This document shows, one piece after another, positions 18,701 to 26,798 of a stretch of 64,000 bases of DNA. The position numbers were made by a program, and so were the translations under genes. The stretch spans positions 92-64,091 of the forward strand of contig JBKJUW010000030.1 in assembly GCA_046589725.1 (NCBI GenBank). Direction: 5' to 3'. How positions within the stretch are numbered: position 1 is the stretch's first letter; each line of letters begins with the position of its first letter. The notes under the pieces were generated by a model, which was given only the letters and a program-made list of their open reading frames with translations, was not told the origin of the DNA and searched no databases. This stretch comes from Gemmatimonadaceae bacterium (GTDB lineage Bacteria > Gemmatimonadota > Gemmatimonadetes > Gemmatimonadales > Gemmatimonadaceae).

Positions 18701-19093
18701 TTATCTCCCGGTCTTGCGCGCGTTGCGAATGGAGTCGCGCAGGCGTTGGATGTCGTCGGCCTTCATGTCGACGTCGGACATCCGCAGCAGCGCGGTGACG
18801 GCCTGCTCCGGCGAGCCCGCGAAGTACGTGCGGACGACGTGCGCCAGGACATCGTCGCGCGCCTCTTCGGTGTCCTGGGCGGGGTAGTAGACGTAGCGCG
18901 GCCCGTCTTCCTTGTATCGGATGAGCTTCTTCTCGCCGAGGATGCGGAGGACCGACCGGACTGCGGAGTAGGTCGGTGGGTCCGGCAACTCCGCCATGAT
19001 CTCCGCGACGGTGGCTTCGGCACGCCGGTGGAGGATGTCCATGACCTGTCGTTCGCGGCGGGAGAGGGCGTTGGCTTCGGTCTTGTCGGTCAT
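18701..19093 (-). CDS. BlaI/MecI/CopY-family transcriptional repressor
   Basis: 130 aa. LSRRERQVMDILHRRAEATVAEIMAELPDPPTYSAVRSVLRILGEKKLIRYKEDGPRYVYYP is the winged-helix of the Penicillinase_R family. Its stop lies 4 nt before the M56 gene. Confidence 0.85.
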   Translation of the reverse strand: MTDKTEANALSRRERQVMDILHRRAEATVAEIMAELPDPPTYSAVRSVLRILGEKKLIRYKEDGPRYVYYPAQDTEEARDDVLAHVVRTYFAGSPEQAVTALLRMSDVDMKADDIQRLRDSIRNARKTGR

Positions 19094-19117
19094 GATGCGC
19101 GGGCGATGAGGGCTGCT

Positions 19118-19150
19118 GATTTTTCAACTATGCTGATAATTCAACAATAG
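19118..19150 (-). promoter_or_regulatory. AT-rich putative promoter/operator of the blaI-like operon
   Basis: About 25 percent GC stretch GATTTTTCAACTATGCTGATAATTCAACAATAG 25-55 nt upstream of the blaI-like ATG. TTCAAC is repeated at 19123 and 19140 (17-bp period). No canonical TACA/TGTA BlaI box was seen. Confidence 0.3.
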
Positions 19151-19255
19151 TGGCCAGAAGTCAAGGCCGGGATTCGCGCGTAGCGTCTCGAAATGACTCT
19201 TGATTCCAGCATGTCGCCTATGGCGCAAGGGCAAACGAATGACTGTTGGCTTGAA

Positions 19256-19275
19256 TAACCCAATCGTTTGGGTTA
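19256..19275 (+). promoter_or_regulatory. perfect palindrome TAACCCAA-TCGT-TTGGGTTA upstream of the DUF4160 gene
   Basis: 8-bp arms with a 4-nt spacer, ending 10 nt before the GTG at 19286. This is the position expected for an autoregulatory operator or an RBS-occluding hairpin. Confidence 0.4.
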
Positions 19276-19285
19276 CTATCACATT

Positions 19286-19528
19286 GTGCCGACAGTCCTT
19301 CGGATCGACGGATTTCGCTTCATGATCTACCAAGGATCCCTGGAACATGGCCCGGCACATGTTCACGCGATCAAGGCGGGGACCGTTGTCGTCCTCGACG
19401 TGGACCCCGTCGCTATTCGTCGCATTGAAGGCATGAGCATCGCAAATATTCGTGCCGCGGTCCGCATCACGGAAGACAACGTTGCGCTGTTCCAGCGCGA
19501 ATGGAGACGAATTGATGGCGAGCTCTAA
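19286..19528 (+). CDS. DUF4160-family small protein
   Basis: A GTG start at 19286 gives (M)PTVLRIDGFRFMIYQGSLEHGPAHVHA, matching the usual MPT...F.I.....H.P.H.H N-terminus of the family. It overlaps the next gene by 14 nt. Confidence 0.7.
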   Translation: MPTVLRIDGFRFMIYQGSLEHGPAHVHAIKAGTVVVLDVDPVAIRRIEGMSIANIRAAVRITEDNVALFQREWRRIDGEL

Positions 19529-19973
19529 ACTCCGCCGACTGACCGACGCGGATATTCTCGCGCAGGTGCCTGGCGCCATCGCGAGTGAAAAGGCTGATCG
19601 CGCCGCTGGGCTTCGTGCAGTGTCGGCTCGGTACGATAAGCGCACGGAGCGCGTCGTTCTCGAGCTCTCGAATGGGCTCGCGCTCGCCTTTCCGGCGTCG
19701 ATGGTCTACGGACTCGAGCAAGCTACGCACGCGCAACGCGCCGACCTGGAGCTCGATCCGGCAGGAGCTGGAGTGATATGGGACGCGCTGGATTCAGATA
19801 TCAGTGTTCCGGGCCTCATCAGCTCGACTTTTGGGCGACGCGATGCGGCAAAGGTACTCGGGAAGGCAGGCGGTTCATCGAAGAGTGACGCGAAAAGTGC
19901 AGCGGCGCGGACGAACGGAGTGAAGGGAGGCCGTCCACGAAAGACATCCAAGGAACGCCGGTCCGCCAGGTAA
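19515..19973 (+). CDS. DUF2442-family protein with basic GGRPRK (AT-hook-like) tail
   Basis: ATG at 19515. The core VSARYDKRTERVVLELSNGLALAFPASMVYGL...DLELDPAGAGVIWDALDSDISV resembles DUF2442. The C-terminus is AAARTNGVKGGRPRKTSKERRSAR. Confidence 0.65.
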   Translation: MASSKLRRLTDADILAQVPGAIASEKADRAAGLRAVSARYDKRTERVVLELSNGLALAFPASMVYGLEQATHAQRADLELDPAGAGVIWDALDSDISVPGLISSTFGRRDAAKVLGKAGGSSKSDAKSAAARTNGVKGGRPRKTSKERRSAR

Positions 19974-19985
19974 ATTCGCGCCACA

Positions 19986-21296
19986 ATGGACGACACCACG
20001 AGACTCCTCGAAGCCTTCCGGACCAACGACGCCGCGACCGCCGACGCCATTCTCGCAACGAATGCCGCGCTCCGCGCCATGCTCAAGGCGCCGATCCCTC
20101 ACGATCCGTTCGGCTCGACGGTGCTCGCGCATCCGGCCGGCAAGGGGCATCTCGCGATGGTCGAGGTCCTCTTGCGCCACGGCGCCGACATCAATGCCCG
20201 CAGTGATTGGTGGGCAGGGAGCTTCGGCGTGCTCGACACCTGCGATGTCACGATCGCTCCAGCCCTCATCGCCCGCGGCGCGCGCCTTGACGCACACTCG
20301 GCCGCACGACTCGGCATGCTCGACGCGCTGATCCAACTGCTCGACACCGATCCCGATCTCGTTCACGCGCGCGGCGGCGACGGGCAAACGCCGCTCCACG
20401 TTGCCGCGACCGTCGATGTCGCGCAGGAGCTCCTGCGCCACGGCGCCGACATCGACGCCATCGACGTCGACCACGAATCCACACCTGCGCAGTACCTGGT
20501 GCGCGACCACGCTGACGTCGCCCGATATCTCGTCACCCGCGGCGCACGCACCGACATCCTCCTGGCGTCGGCGCTCGGTGCATTGGAGTTGGTGAAAAAA
20601 CATCTCAACGCGGACCCGGCATTGCTCCGCATGCGCGTGTCCCAGAAATGGTTTCCCATGCGGAACCTGCGCGCCGGCGGCGCGATCTACATCTGGACGC
20701 TCGGCACCGGAGCCACGCCGCACAGCGTTGCGCGCCAGTTCGGCCACGAAGACGTCTACGATTTCCTCATGTCGCAAAGCTCCGATGACCTCAAGCTGAT
20801 TCGCGCGGCGGAGACTGGCGATGAAACCCTGGTGCGCACGCTTCTCTCCGCTGGCACGGCGAGCTTCGCGACATCGATGCAGGACGACGACGCACGCAGC
20901 ATCGCCGTCGCCGCAGCTTCCAGCAACACAGCGGTTGTGAGACTGATGCTGGAAGCCGGCTGGCCGACCGACGTCCGCGGGCAGGACGGCGGAACTCCGC
21001 TGCACTGGGCAGCGTGGATGGGCAATGCGGCAATGGCGCGCGAACTCGTGCAGCACGGCGCGGCGCTAGAGGATCGCGGGGACCAGTATCACCTGACACC
21101 GCTCGGCTGGGCATTGCACGGCTCGCAGAACTGCTGGCGAAAGGAGCAGGGCGACTATGGCGCGACGGTTCGTGTCCTGCTGGAGGCGGGCGCCACTCCG
21201 CCGGCTGTTTCGGGCAAGGTGGATGCGAGCGAGGCCGCGCTCGAGGCGCTCAACCGCGTGCAGACTCGCGAACCGGGGCCGGGGCTGCCAAGTTAG
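19986..21296 (+). CDS. ankyrin-repeat protein
   Basis: Repeated G.TPLH.AA......v..LL.hGAD.. units, for example GDGQTPLHVAATVDVAQELLRHGADIDA and DGGTPLHWAAWMGNAAMARELVQHGAAL. Confidence 0.85.
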   Translation: MDDTTRLLEAFRTNDAATADAILATNAALRAMLKAPIPHDPFGSTVLAHPAGKGHLAMVEVLLRHGADINARSDWWAGSFGVLDTCDVTIAPALIARGARLDAHSAARLGMLDALIQLLDTDPDLVHARGGDGQTPLHVAATVDVAQELLRHGADIDAIDVDHESTPAQYLVRDHADVARYLVTRGARTDILLASALGALELVKKHLNADPALLRMRVSQKWFPMRNLRAGGAIYIWTLGTGATPHSVARQFGHEDVYDFLMSQSSDDLKLIRAAETGDETLVRTLLSAGTASFATSMQDDDARSIAVAAASSNTAVVRLMLEAGWPTDVRGQDGGTPLHWAAWMGNAAMARELVQHGAALEDRGDQYHLTPLGWALHGSQNCWRKEQGDYGATVRVLLEAGATPPAVSGKVDASEAALEALNRVQTREPGPGLPS

Positions 21297-21382
21297 GCCG
21301 TTGCGGTGCACTGTCGTTCCGGGCTGGGGCAGTTCGACCATCTCGCGCTCGCTGATCCTCCCACGACCCAAAGACCAAGCAC

Positions 21383-21826
21383 ATGAGCCCTTCCTCCGGC
21401 CAGCAGAATGCAGCCAACCACGCGCGCTTTGTACCGGGCTACCATTACGTCGCCGGCATGCTGGCACTGCTGAACCTGATCTGGGCGATCTACCGCTCGT
21501 TCACGCATCCCACCGTGGAGTCGCACGCGGCGATTCTCGTCGGGGTCATCCTGCTTCTCCTCCTCTGGTATCTCCGCGTCTTTCCGCTCGCGGTGCAGGA
21601 CCGGCTCATCCGTCTCGAGGAGCGACTTCGCCTCTCGCGTGTGATGCCCGCCAACATGCAGTCACGCCTCGACGAGCTGACGCCGAGTCAGTTGATTGCG
21701 CTTCGCTTTGCCTCGGACGCGGAGCTACCCGAGCTTGCGTCGAAAGTCCTCAACGAACGCATCACGGATCGCAAGCAGATCAAGCTGCTGATTCGTGACT
21801 GGCGTGCTGACCACATGCGTGCATGA
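21383..21826 (+). CDS. two-TM membrane protein (DUF6526-like, from memory)
   Basis: 147 aa with TM helices YHYVAGMLALLNLIWAIY and AAILVGVILLLLLWYL. Its stop overlaps the next start (ATGA at 21823). Confidence 0.6.
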   Translation: MSPSSGQQNAANHARFVPGYHYVAGMLALLNLIWAIYRSFTHPTVESHAAILVGVILLLLLWYLRVFPLAVQDRLIRLEERLRLSRVMPANMQSRLDELTPSQLIALRFASDAELPELASKVLNERITDRKQIKLLIRDWRADHMRA

Positions 21827-23112
21827 CTCCTCCCCAGATACGCTCGCGCTTCGTCGCCATCATCCTCTTTGCTCTCACGCTGCCGTATGCCGGCGGTGCG
21901 CAAGGCTCGAACAAGCTCGGATTCTCCACTGATCGACTCGCCCGCATCGATCGCTTCATGCAGCAGTACGTCGACTCGAACCGGATCGGCGGCGCCGTCG
22001 GGCTCGTGCTTCGTGATGGCAAGGTCGTCTACGAGAAGAGCGTCGGCTGGTCCGACAAGGGATCCGCACTCCGCCTGGCACCCGACGCGATCTTTCGCAT
22101 CGCGTCGCAGTCGAAGGCCTTCACCAGCGCCGCAATCCTCATGCTGGTGGAAGAGGGAAAGATCGCGCTGACCGATCCGGTGAGTCGCTTCATTCCGGCA
22201 TACGCGCACACCACCGTGGCGCTCCGGTCCGACAGCGGTCGCACGCCAGTGCCGGCGAGGCGCCAGATCACCATCAAGGACCTGATCACGCACACGGCCG
22301 GCATCTCGTACGGCACCGACAACTACATCGCGCAGCAGTACGCCGCGAAGCAGCTCGGCCCTGCCGCCGGCTGGGGATGGTACACAGCGGACAAGGAGGA
22401 GCCGATCTGTACGTCGATGGAGCGACTCGCCTCGCTGCCCTTCGTCTCACAGCCTGGTGAAGCGTTCGTCTACGGTTACAACATCGACATCCTCGGCTGC
22501 GTCGTCGAGCGTGCCTCGGGTATTCCGCTCGACGAGTTCTTTCGCACGCGCATCACGGCGCCGCTCGGGCTGAGCGACACGTACTTCTTCCTTCCGCTCG
22601 CGAAGCGCAACCGCCTCGTCACGGTCTATGCGGACAGCGCGGATCGGCTGGTGCGCGCGCCCGACGGTCCGCGCGGTCAAGGCAACTATGTGGACGGACC
22701 GCGCAAGAACTTTGCGGGCGGAGCGGGACTCGTCTCGACGGCGCAGGACTATGCGCGCTTCCTTCAGATGATCCTGAACCGCGGCGAGTTCAACGGCGTG
22801 CGCTACCTGTCGCCGAAGATGGTCGACCTCATGACGTCGAACCAGATCAGCGTCTACGGAAGTCCCGGAAAGGGATTCGGACTTGGCTTCGAGACGGTCG
22901 AGAAGCTCGGCGCCGATGGCCTCGCGTCGGTCGGCACGTTTGGTTGGGGTGGGGCGTATGGCAGCACGTACAAGGTGGACCCGAAGGAAGGCCTTGTCAT
23001 TGTCTTCATGATCAACCAGCTGCCCCTGCGCGCGGACATTGCCGGGAAGTTTCCCACTCTGGTCTACCAGGCGCTTGTCGAGTCGAGGGCAGGAACGGTC
23101 GTTCAACGTTGA
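21823..23112 (+). CDS. serine hydrolase, beta-lactamase (class C / esterase) family
   Basis: 429 aa with a signal-like N-terminus and the S-x-x-K motif in FRIASQSKAF. Length and overall pattern fit AmpC-like/EstB-like proteins. Confidence 0.8.
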   Translation: MTPPQIRSRFVAIILFALTLPYAGGAQGSNKLGFSTDRLARIDRFMQQYVDSNRIGGAVGLVLRDGKVVYEKSVGWSDKGSALRLAPDAIFRIASQSKAFTSAAILMLVEEGKIALTDPVSRFIPAYAHTTVALRSDSGRTPVPARRQITIKDLITHTAGISYGTDNYIAQQYAAKQLGPAAGWGWYTADKEEPICTSMERLASLPFVSQPGEAFVYGYNIDILGCVVERASGIPLDEFFRTRITAPLGLSDTYFFLPLAKRNRLVTVYADSADRLVRAPDGPRGQGNYVDGPRKNFAGGAGLVSTAQDYARFLQMILNRGEFNGVRYLSPKMVDLMTSNQISVYGSPGKGFGLGFETVEKLGADGLASVGTFGWGGAYGSTYKVDPKEGLVIVFMINQLPLRADIAGKFPTLVYQALVESRAGTVVQR

Positions 23113-23134
23113 TCGGCGCGTACTGGGCGGCACG

Positions 23135-24073
23135 GTGTGGCTGGCCAGGCTTGGATGTGTTGCGGTCGCGCTCGCGATCATCGCGTGCGCAGGCAATCAA
23201 CCGGCGCGACGCATGATTCAATACTCGGAGCTCACAACGACGGCGGTCTCACCAGCAGACTACCGCATCGCCTACGGACAGGATCCCTTGCAGTTCGGGG
23301 AGCTGCGCCTTCCCGCTGGTTCGAATCCTGTTCCACTCGTGGTGTTCATCCACGGGGGCTGCTGGCGCTCGCAGTACGACCTGAAGCACGTTGCGCCGGC
23401 GGCCGCATCGCTCGTGCGGGAAGGATTCGCCACCTGGACGATCGAATACCGGCGCGTCGGGGATCCAGGCGGCGGGTGGCCCGGCACCTTCGACGACATT
23501 TCGCGCGCCGTCGATCACGTGCGTGCGCTCGCGCTGCAGTTTCCGCGCATCGACACCGCGCGCGTCATCCTCATGGGGCACTCCGCGGGTGGGCAGCTCG
23601 CCCTCTGGGCCGCGTCGCGCAGGCAGAACGAGACCACGGGGATTTTCAGGTCGAGCAAGCCGCCGTTGCCGCTCGCGGGCGTGATTGCACTGGCGGCCAT
23701 CACTGATCTCGCGGAGTATGGCGGGTCGCCGGGTGGTTGCAACGGCGCGGTGACTCCACTCATGGGTGGGACATCGGCCACGTTCCCCGATCGCTATCAC
23801 GCCGTCAGCCCGATTGATCGCACACCGATTGGGGCGCGCATGATCCTCATCCATGGCGACGCGGATCCAATCGTGCCGGTGACGCAGAGCCGCAAGTTCG
23901 CGACGCGCGAGCGTGAGGCCGGAGGATCGCCCGAAGCCATCATCATTCCTGGCGCAGGCCACTTTGACCTCGTGGCACCGCAGGCCGAGGCGTGGGCAGT
24001 CGTGCTTCGCTCGGTGCACTCACTGGCCGAGCGACGTCCGACGCCGCGCGCGACCAGCACGATTCCGCGATGA
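23135..24073 (+). CDS. alpha/beta hydrolase, lipoprotein
   Basis: A GTG at 23135 gives (M)WLARLGCVAVALAIIACAG (lipobox). Also VFIHGGCW, the nucleophile elbow GHSAGG, and HGDADPIVP. Confidence 0.8.
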   Translation: MWLARLGCVAVALAIIACAGNQPARRMIQYSELTTTAVSPADYRIAYGQDPLQFGELRLPAGSNPVPLVVFIHGGCWRSQYDLKHVAPAAASLVREGFATWTIEYRRVGDPGGGWPGTFDDISRAVDHVRALALQFPRIDTARVILMGHSAGGQLALWAASRRQNETTGIFRSSKPPLPLAGVIALAAITDLAEYGGSPGGCNGAVTPLMGGTSATFPDRYHAVSPIDRTPIGARMILIHGDADPIVPVTQSRKFATREREAGGSPEAIIIPGAGHFDLVAPQAEAWAVVLRSVHSLAERRPTPRATSTIPR

Positions 24074-24486
24074 CGCTCGTTGCACGCGATCCCGACTTCG
24101 AGGCGCGCGTCAGGACCAGTTTTGCCACCCAGCGCTTCATGTCCGCGCTCGGTGCGCGTCTCGAGCGCGTGGAGTTGGGGGAGGTCGTGATTGCGCTCGC
24201 CTTTCGCGAAGACCTCACGCAGCAGGACGGCTTCCTGCACGCGGGCGTGGGAGCGTCGGTCGTGGACAGCGCGTGTGGTTACGCGGCGCTCACGGTGATG
24301 GAGCCGGGGCGGAACGTGCTGTCGGTGGAGTTCAAGGTGAACATGCTCGCGCCGGCGAAGGGCGCAGAGTTCGCGGCGATCGGCCGGGTTGCGAGGTCAG
24401 GGCGCGCCTTGGTGGTTGTCACGGGCGAGCTACGCGCCGATGGCACCCTGGTGATGCTGATGCAAGGAACGATGACGGCAGTCTGA
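24070..24486 (+). CDS. PaaI-family hotdog-fold thioesterase
   Basis: ATG at 24070 overlaps the previous stop (ATGA). FLHAGVGASVVDSACGYAA....SVEFKVNMLAP...GRVARSGRALVV is typical of PaaI/YdiI-like proteins. Confidence 0.8.
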   Translation: MTLVARDPDFEARVRTSFATQRFMSALGARLERVELGEVVIALAFREDLTQQDGFLHAGVGASVVDSACGYAALTVMEPGRNVLSVEFKVNMLAPAKGAEFAAIGRVARSGRALVVVTGELRADGTLVMLMQGTMTAV

Positions 24487-24743
24487 CCGTCTGACCTGTC
24501 TGACCCGCTCGCCGCTGCGCGGCTGCTCGTCTGACAGCGGGCCAATTGAGGTCTGACAGCTGTTCCAGATACGCAACCGGGTTGCTGCGCCTCTTTTGCC
24601 ACCTGCCGGAACACAGAACGCCTACCGACCCGGCGAGGGACCGGGTCGTGTAGGCAACAGCTGTCAGACTGTGGTTGACCCGCCGTCCGACGAGGGCGCT
24701 GGCGAAGCCAGCCGCCCGGGTCAGACTGTCGGACTGTCAGACT
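24481..24743. repeat. 263-bp modular palindrome built from GTCTGAC/GTCAGAC units, filling a convergent intergenic gap
   Basis: GTCTGACC x3 at 24481-24505. GTCTGACAGC at 24529. GTCTGACAGCTGTT at 24551-24564 pairs with AACAGCTGTCAGAC at 24656-24669. GTCAGAC / GTCGGAC / GTCAGAC at 24720-24743. An inner hairpin CGACCCGG-N7-CCGGGTCG lies near 24626-24648. Confidence 0.8.
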
Positions 24744-25370
24744 TCAGTGCGCGGCCAGCTTGTCGGTCCAGAGCGACGCGTACTGCTTCTTGAGGGCGGC
24801 GATCTTGGGTGCGTCGTTGTAGTAGATGTAGGGTTCGTTCGGGTGCAGCGTCGCGTAGTCCTGATGGTAGGCTTCCGCCAGGTAGAAGTCCTTCAGCGGC
24901 GCGACTTCGGTGACGACCTTCTCGCCGCCCTTCACCAGTTGCGCGATGTAGGCGTTCGTCGCTGCCTTCTGGGTTTCGCTGGTAAAGAAGAGCGCGGAGC
25001 GATACTGCGTGCCGCGGTCCGGACCCTGGCGGTTGAGTTCCGTTGGGTCGTGGGCGACGGTGAAGAAGACGTCGAGCAGTTTTGTGTAGCTGACCTTCGC
25101 CGGGTCGTAGACCACGCGAACAGCCTCCGCATGACCGGTGTTGCCGGTGCTCACTTGCTCGTAGCTGGGTCGGTTGGCGCGTCCGCCGGCGTAGCCGGAG
25201 GTGGCGCTGACGACACCATTCACATGTTGGAAGACCGCCTGAACGCCCCAGAAACAGCCGCCGGCGAGCACGACAGTATCGAGCGGAGCGATCTGAGCCG
25301 GAGCAGTCGCGAAGGCCGGCGCTGCGATCAAGGAGAGTAGCGCCGTAGCGCGGATCAGTGTGCTTCTCAT
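24744..25370 (-). CDS. msrA: peptide-methionine (S)-S-oxide reductase, secreted form
   Basis: Signal peptide MRSTLIRATALLSLIAAPAFA followed by the catalytic GGCFWGVQAVFQ motif and an MsrA-length body. Confidence 0.9.
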   Translation of the reverse strand: MRSTLIRATALLSLIAAPAFATAPAQIAPLDTVVLAGGCFWGVQAVFQHVNGVVSATSGYAGGRANRPSYEQVSTGNTGHAEAVRVVYDPAKVSYTKLLDVFFTVAHDPTELNRQGPDRGTQYRSALFFTSETQKAATNAYIAQLVKGGEKVVTEVAPLKDFYLAEAYHQDYATLHPNEPYIYYNDAPKIAALKKQYASLWTDKLAAH

Positions 25371-25430
25371 TCGGGGATCCTGGCGTGAGGGGTACGCTTT
25401 CTATACTCCCCCAACGGACGTTTGGTTCTG

Positions 25431-25624
25431 TGAATCCTCGCGAAATGCGTCTTGAGGAAAAGGACAAGAACGTTGCTCGTTGGCATCGCGAATCACGCGA
25501 ATCTCCAAGAATCCACGCGAATCGCTCCGTCCCGACAACCAGCAATTATTCGTCCAAATATAAATTATTATTGTTTTGTTTAATTCGTGGAGATTCGCGA
25601 GGATTCGTCAGATTCGCGATGCCA
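25431..25624. repeat. inverted arrays of 9-10-bp-phased CGCGAATC-type repeats flanking an AT-rich core
   Basis: Left units: CGCGAATC at 25487, 25496 and 25516, GAATC at 25509, and an outlying GAATCCTCGCGAA at 25432. Right units: GATTCGCG at 25592 and 25611, GGATTCGT at 25601, AATTCGTG at 25582. The termini TGGCATCGCGAATC (25481) and GATTCGCGATGCCA (25611-25624) are exact complements. The core 25541-25585 is about 20 percent GC. Confidence 0.8.
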
Positions 25625-25657
25625 ACGATCAACGTCTGTTCAACCCAAATCTACGAT

Positions 25658-26797
25658 TCAACGAAACAGATGCGGCACGAACCTCGACGTATTTCCTGTT
25701 ACCCAACCATCCGCCTCGCGGACGCCGATCCCCGCCGCCTCCTGCCCGATGATCCATGAGCCGATGATCGGTCGCTTGCCGTCGAAGTCGGGAATCGGCG
25801 CCAGCTCCTGGAAGACGTAGCCCTCGGCACCATACTCGCCCGTCGACTCCACGTGCTCCTTCATGGTATGCACGGTCACGTTCGCGCCTTCGCGTGAGAG
25901 CAGCGGCTTCCTCGCATACTCGAACATGCCGTGCGGCTCGTCGAAGTACGACGGCAGCAGGTTGCCGTGCCCCGGGAACATCTCCCACAGGATGGGGAGG
26001 ATACCCTTGTTCGACAGCACCATCTTCCACGCCGGCTCGATCAGCAGCGTCTTCGCGACACGAAGGTGGTCGCCGAATGGCTCGTGCATCATCCACTCCC
26101 ACGGATACAGCTTGAAGAGTGTGTCTACGCGAGCGTCCTGGAGGTCGCACATCTCCCTCGCCTGAGGATCCCAGCCGATATCCGCCATCGCGATCAGCTT
26201 CACCTGCAGACCAGCCTGCGCCGCGGTCTCGGCGAGGTAGGCCGCCGTCATGCCGTCCTCGAGGTCGTCCACCGACGCGAAGTGCACCACCGGCCCGAGC
26301 GGTCCGCTGCTCTTCAGGTCGTCCTGGATGTACTGCCAGTACGCGACGAGCTTTTCGTGGATCGAGTTGAACTGGTCGGCGCCCTGGTGCAGCGCCTGGA
26401 GCCAGTCCCACTGGATGACGGACACCTCCAGCAGCGACGTCGGCGTGTCCGCGTTGTACTCCAGCATCTTCGGCGGACTCTTGCCATCATACGCCAGGTC
26501 GAAGCGACCATACACGCTTGGCGGCTCCGCCTCCCAGCTCGTCGTGATCAGCGGAATGGCGTGCGCAGGGATCTTCAGTTCATCGTAGCGCTGCTCGTCG
26601 ATGACATGCTGCACCGCCTCGAGGCAGCGCTCATGCAGCTCGTTCGTCGCGCGCTCGAGCGTGTCGATCTGATCGGTCGTGAAGCGGTAGTACGCGTCTT
26701 CCGACCAGTACGGCGTCTGACCCGTGTGCCACTTGAGGCCGCGCTCCTCGACCGTAGCCTGCCAGTCGGGGCGTGGCGTGCTCGCGATGCGTTCCAC
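25658..26797 (-). CDS. glutathionylspermidine-synthase-like ATP-grasp protein (YgiC/YjfC family)
   Basis: RPDWQATVEERGLKWH...YWSEDAYYRF...SVYGRFDLAYDG...MLEYNADTPTSLLE. The GTG at 26797 lies 1 nt after the upstream stop. The track ORF start at 26878 would overlap the upstream gene. Confidence 0.85.
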   Translation of the reverse strand: MERIASTPRPDWQATVEERGLKWHTGQTPYWSEDAYYRFTTDQIDTLERATNELHERCLEAVQHVIDEQRYDELKIPAHAIPLITTSWEAEPPSVYGRFDLAYDGKSPPKMLEYNADTPTSLLEVSVIQWDWLQALHQGADQFNSIHEKLVAYWQYIQDDLKSSGPLGPVVHFASVDDLEDGMTAAYLAETAAQAGLQVKLIAMADIGWDPQAREMCDLQDARVDTLFKLYPWEWMMHEPFGDHLRVAKTLLIEPAWKMVLSNKGILPILWEMFPGHGNLLPSYFDEPHGMFEYARKPLLSREGANVTVHTMKEHVESTGEYGAEGYVFQELAPIPDFDGKRPIIGSWIIGQEAAGIGVREADGWVTGNTSRFVPHLFR

Positions 26798-26798
26798 G

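Noticed and set aside
19875-21056. 393-aa minus-strand ORF
   Set aside because: It is an antisense shadow of the ankyrin-repeat gene, which has clear repeat motifs.
25481-25624. Chromosomal replication origin (oriC)
   Set aside because: No DnaA-box-like TTATCCACA words are present and no dnaA/dnaN-type neighbours. The repeat unit CGCGAATC is unrelated to the DnaA box.
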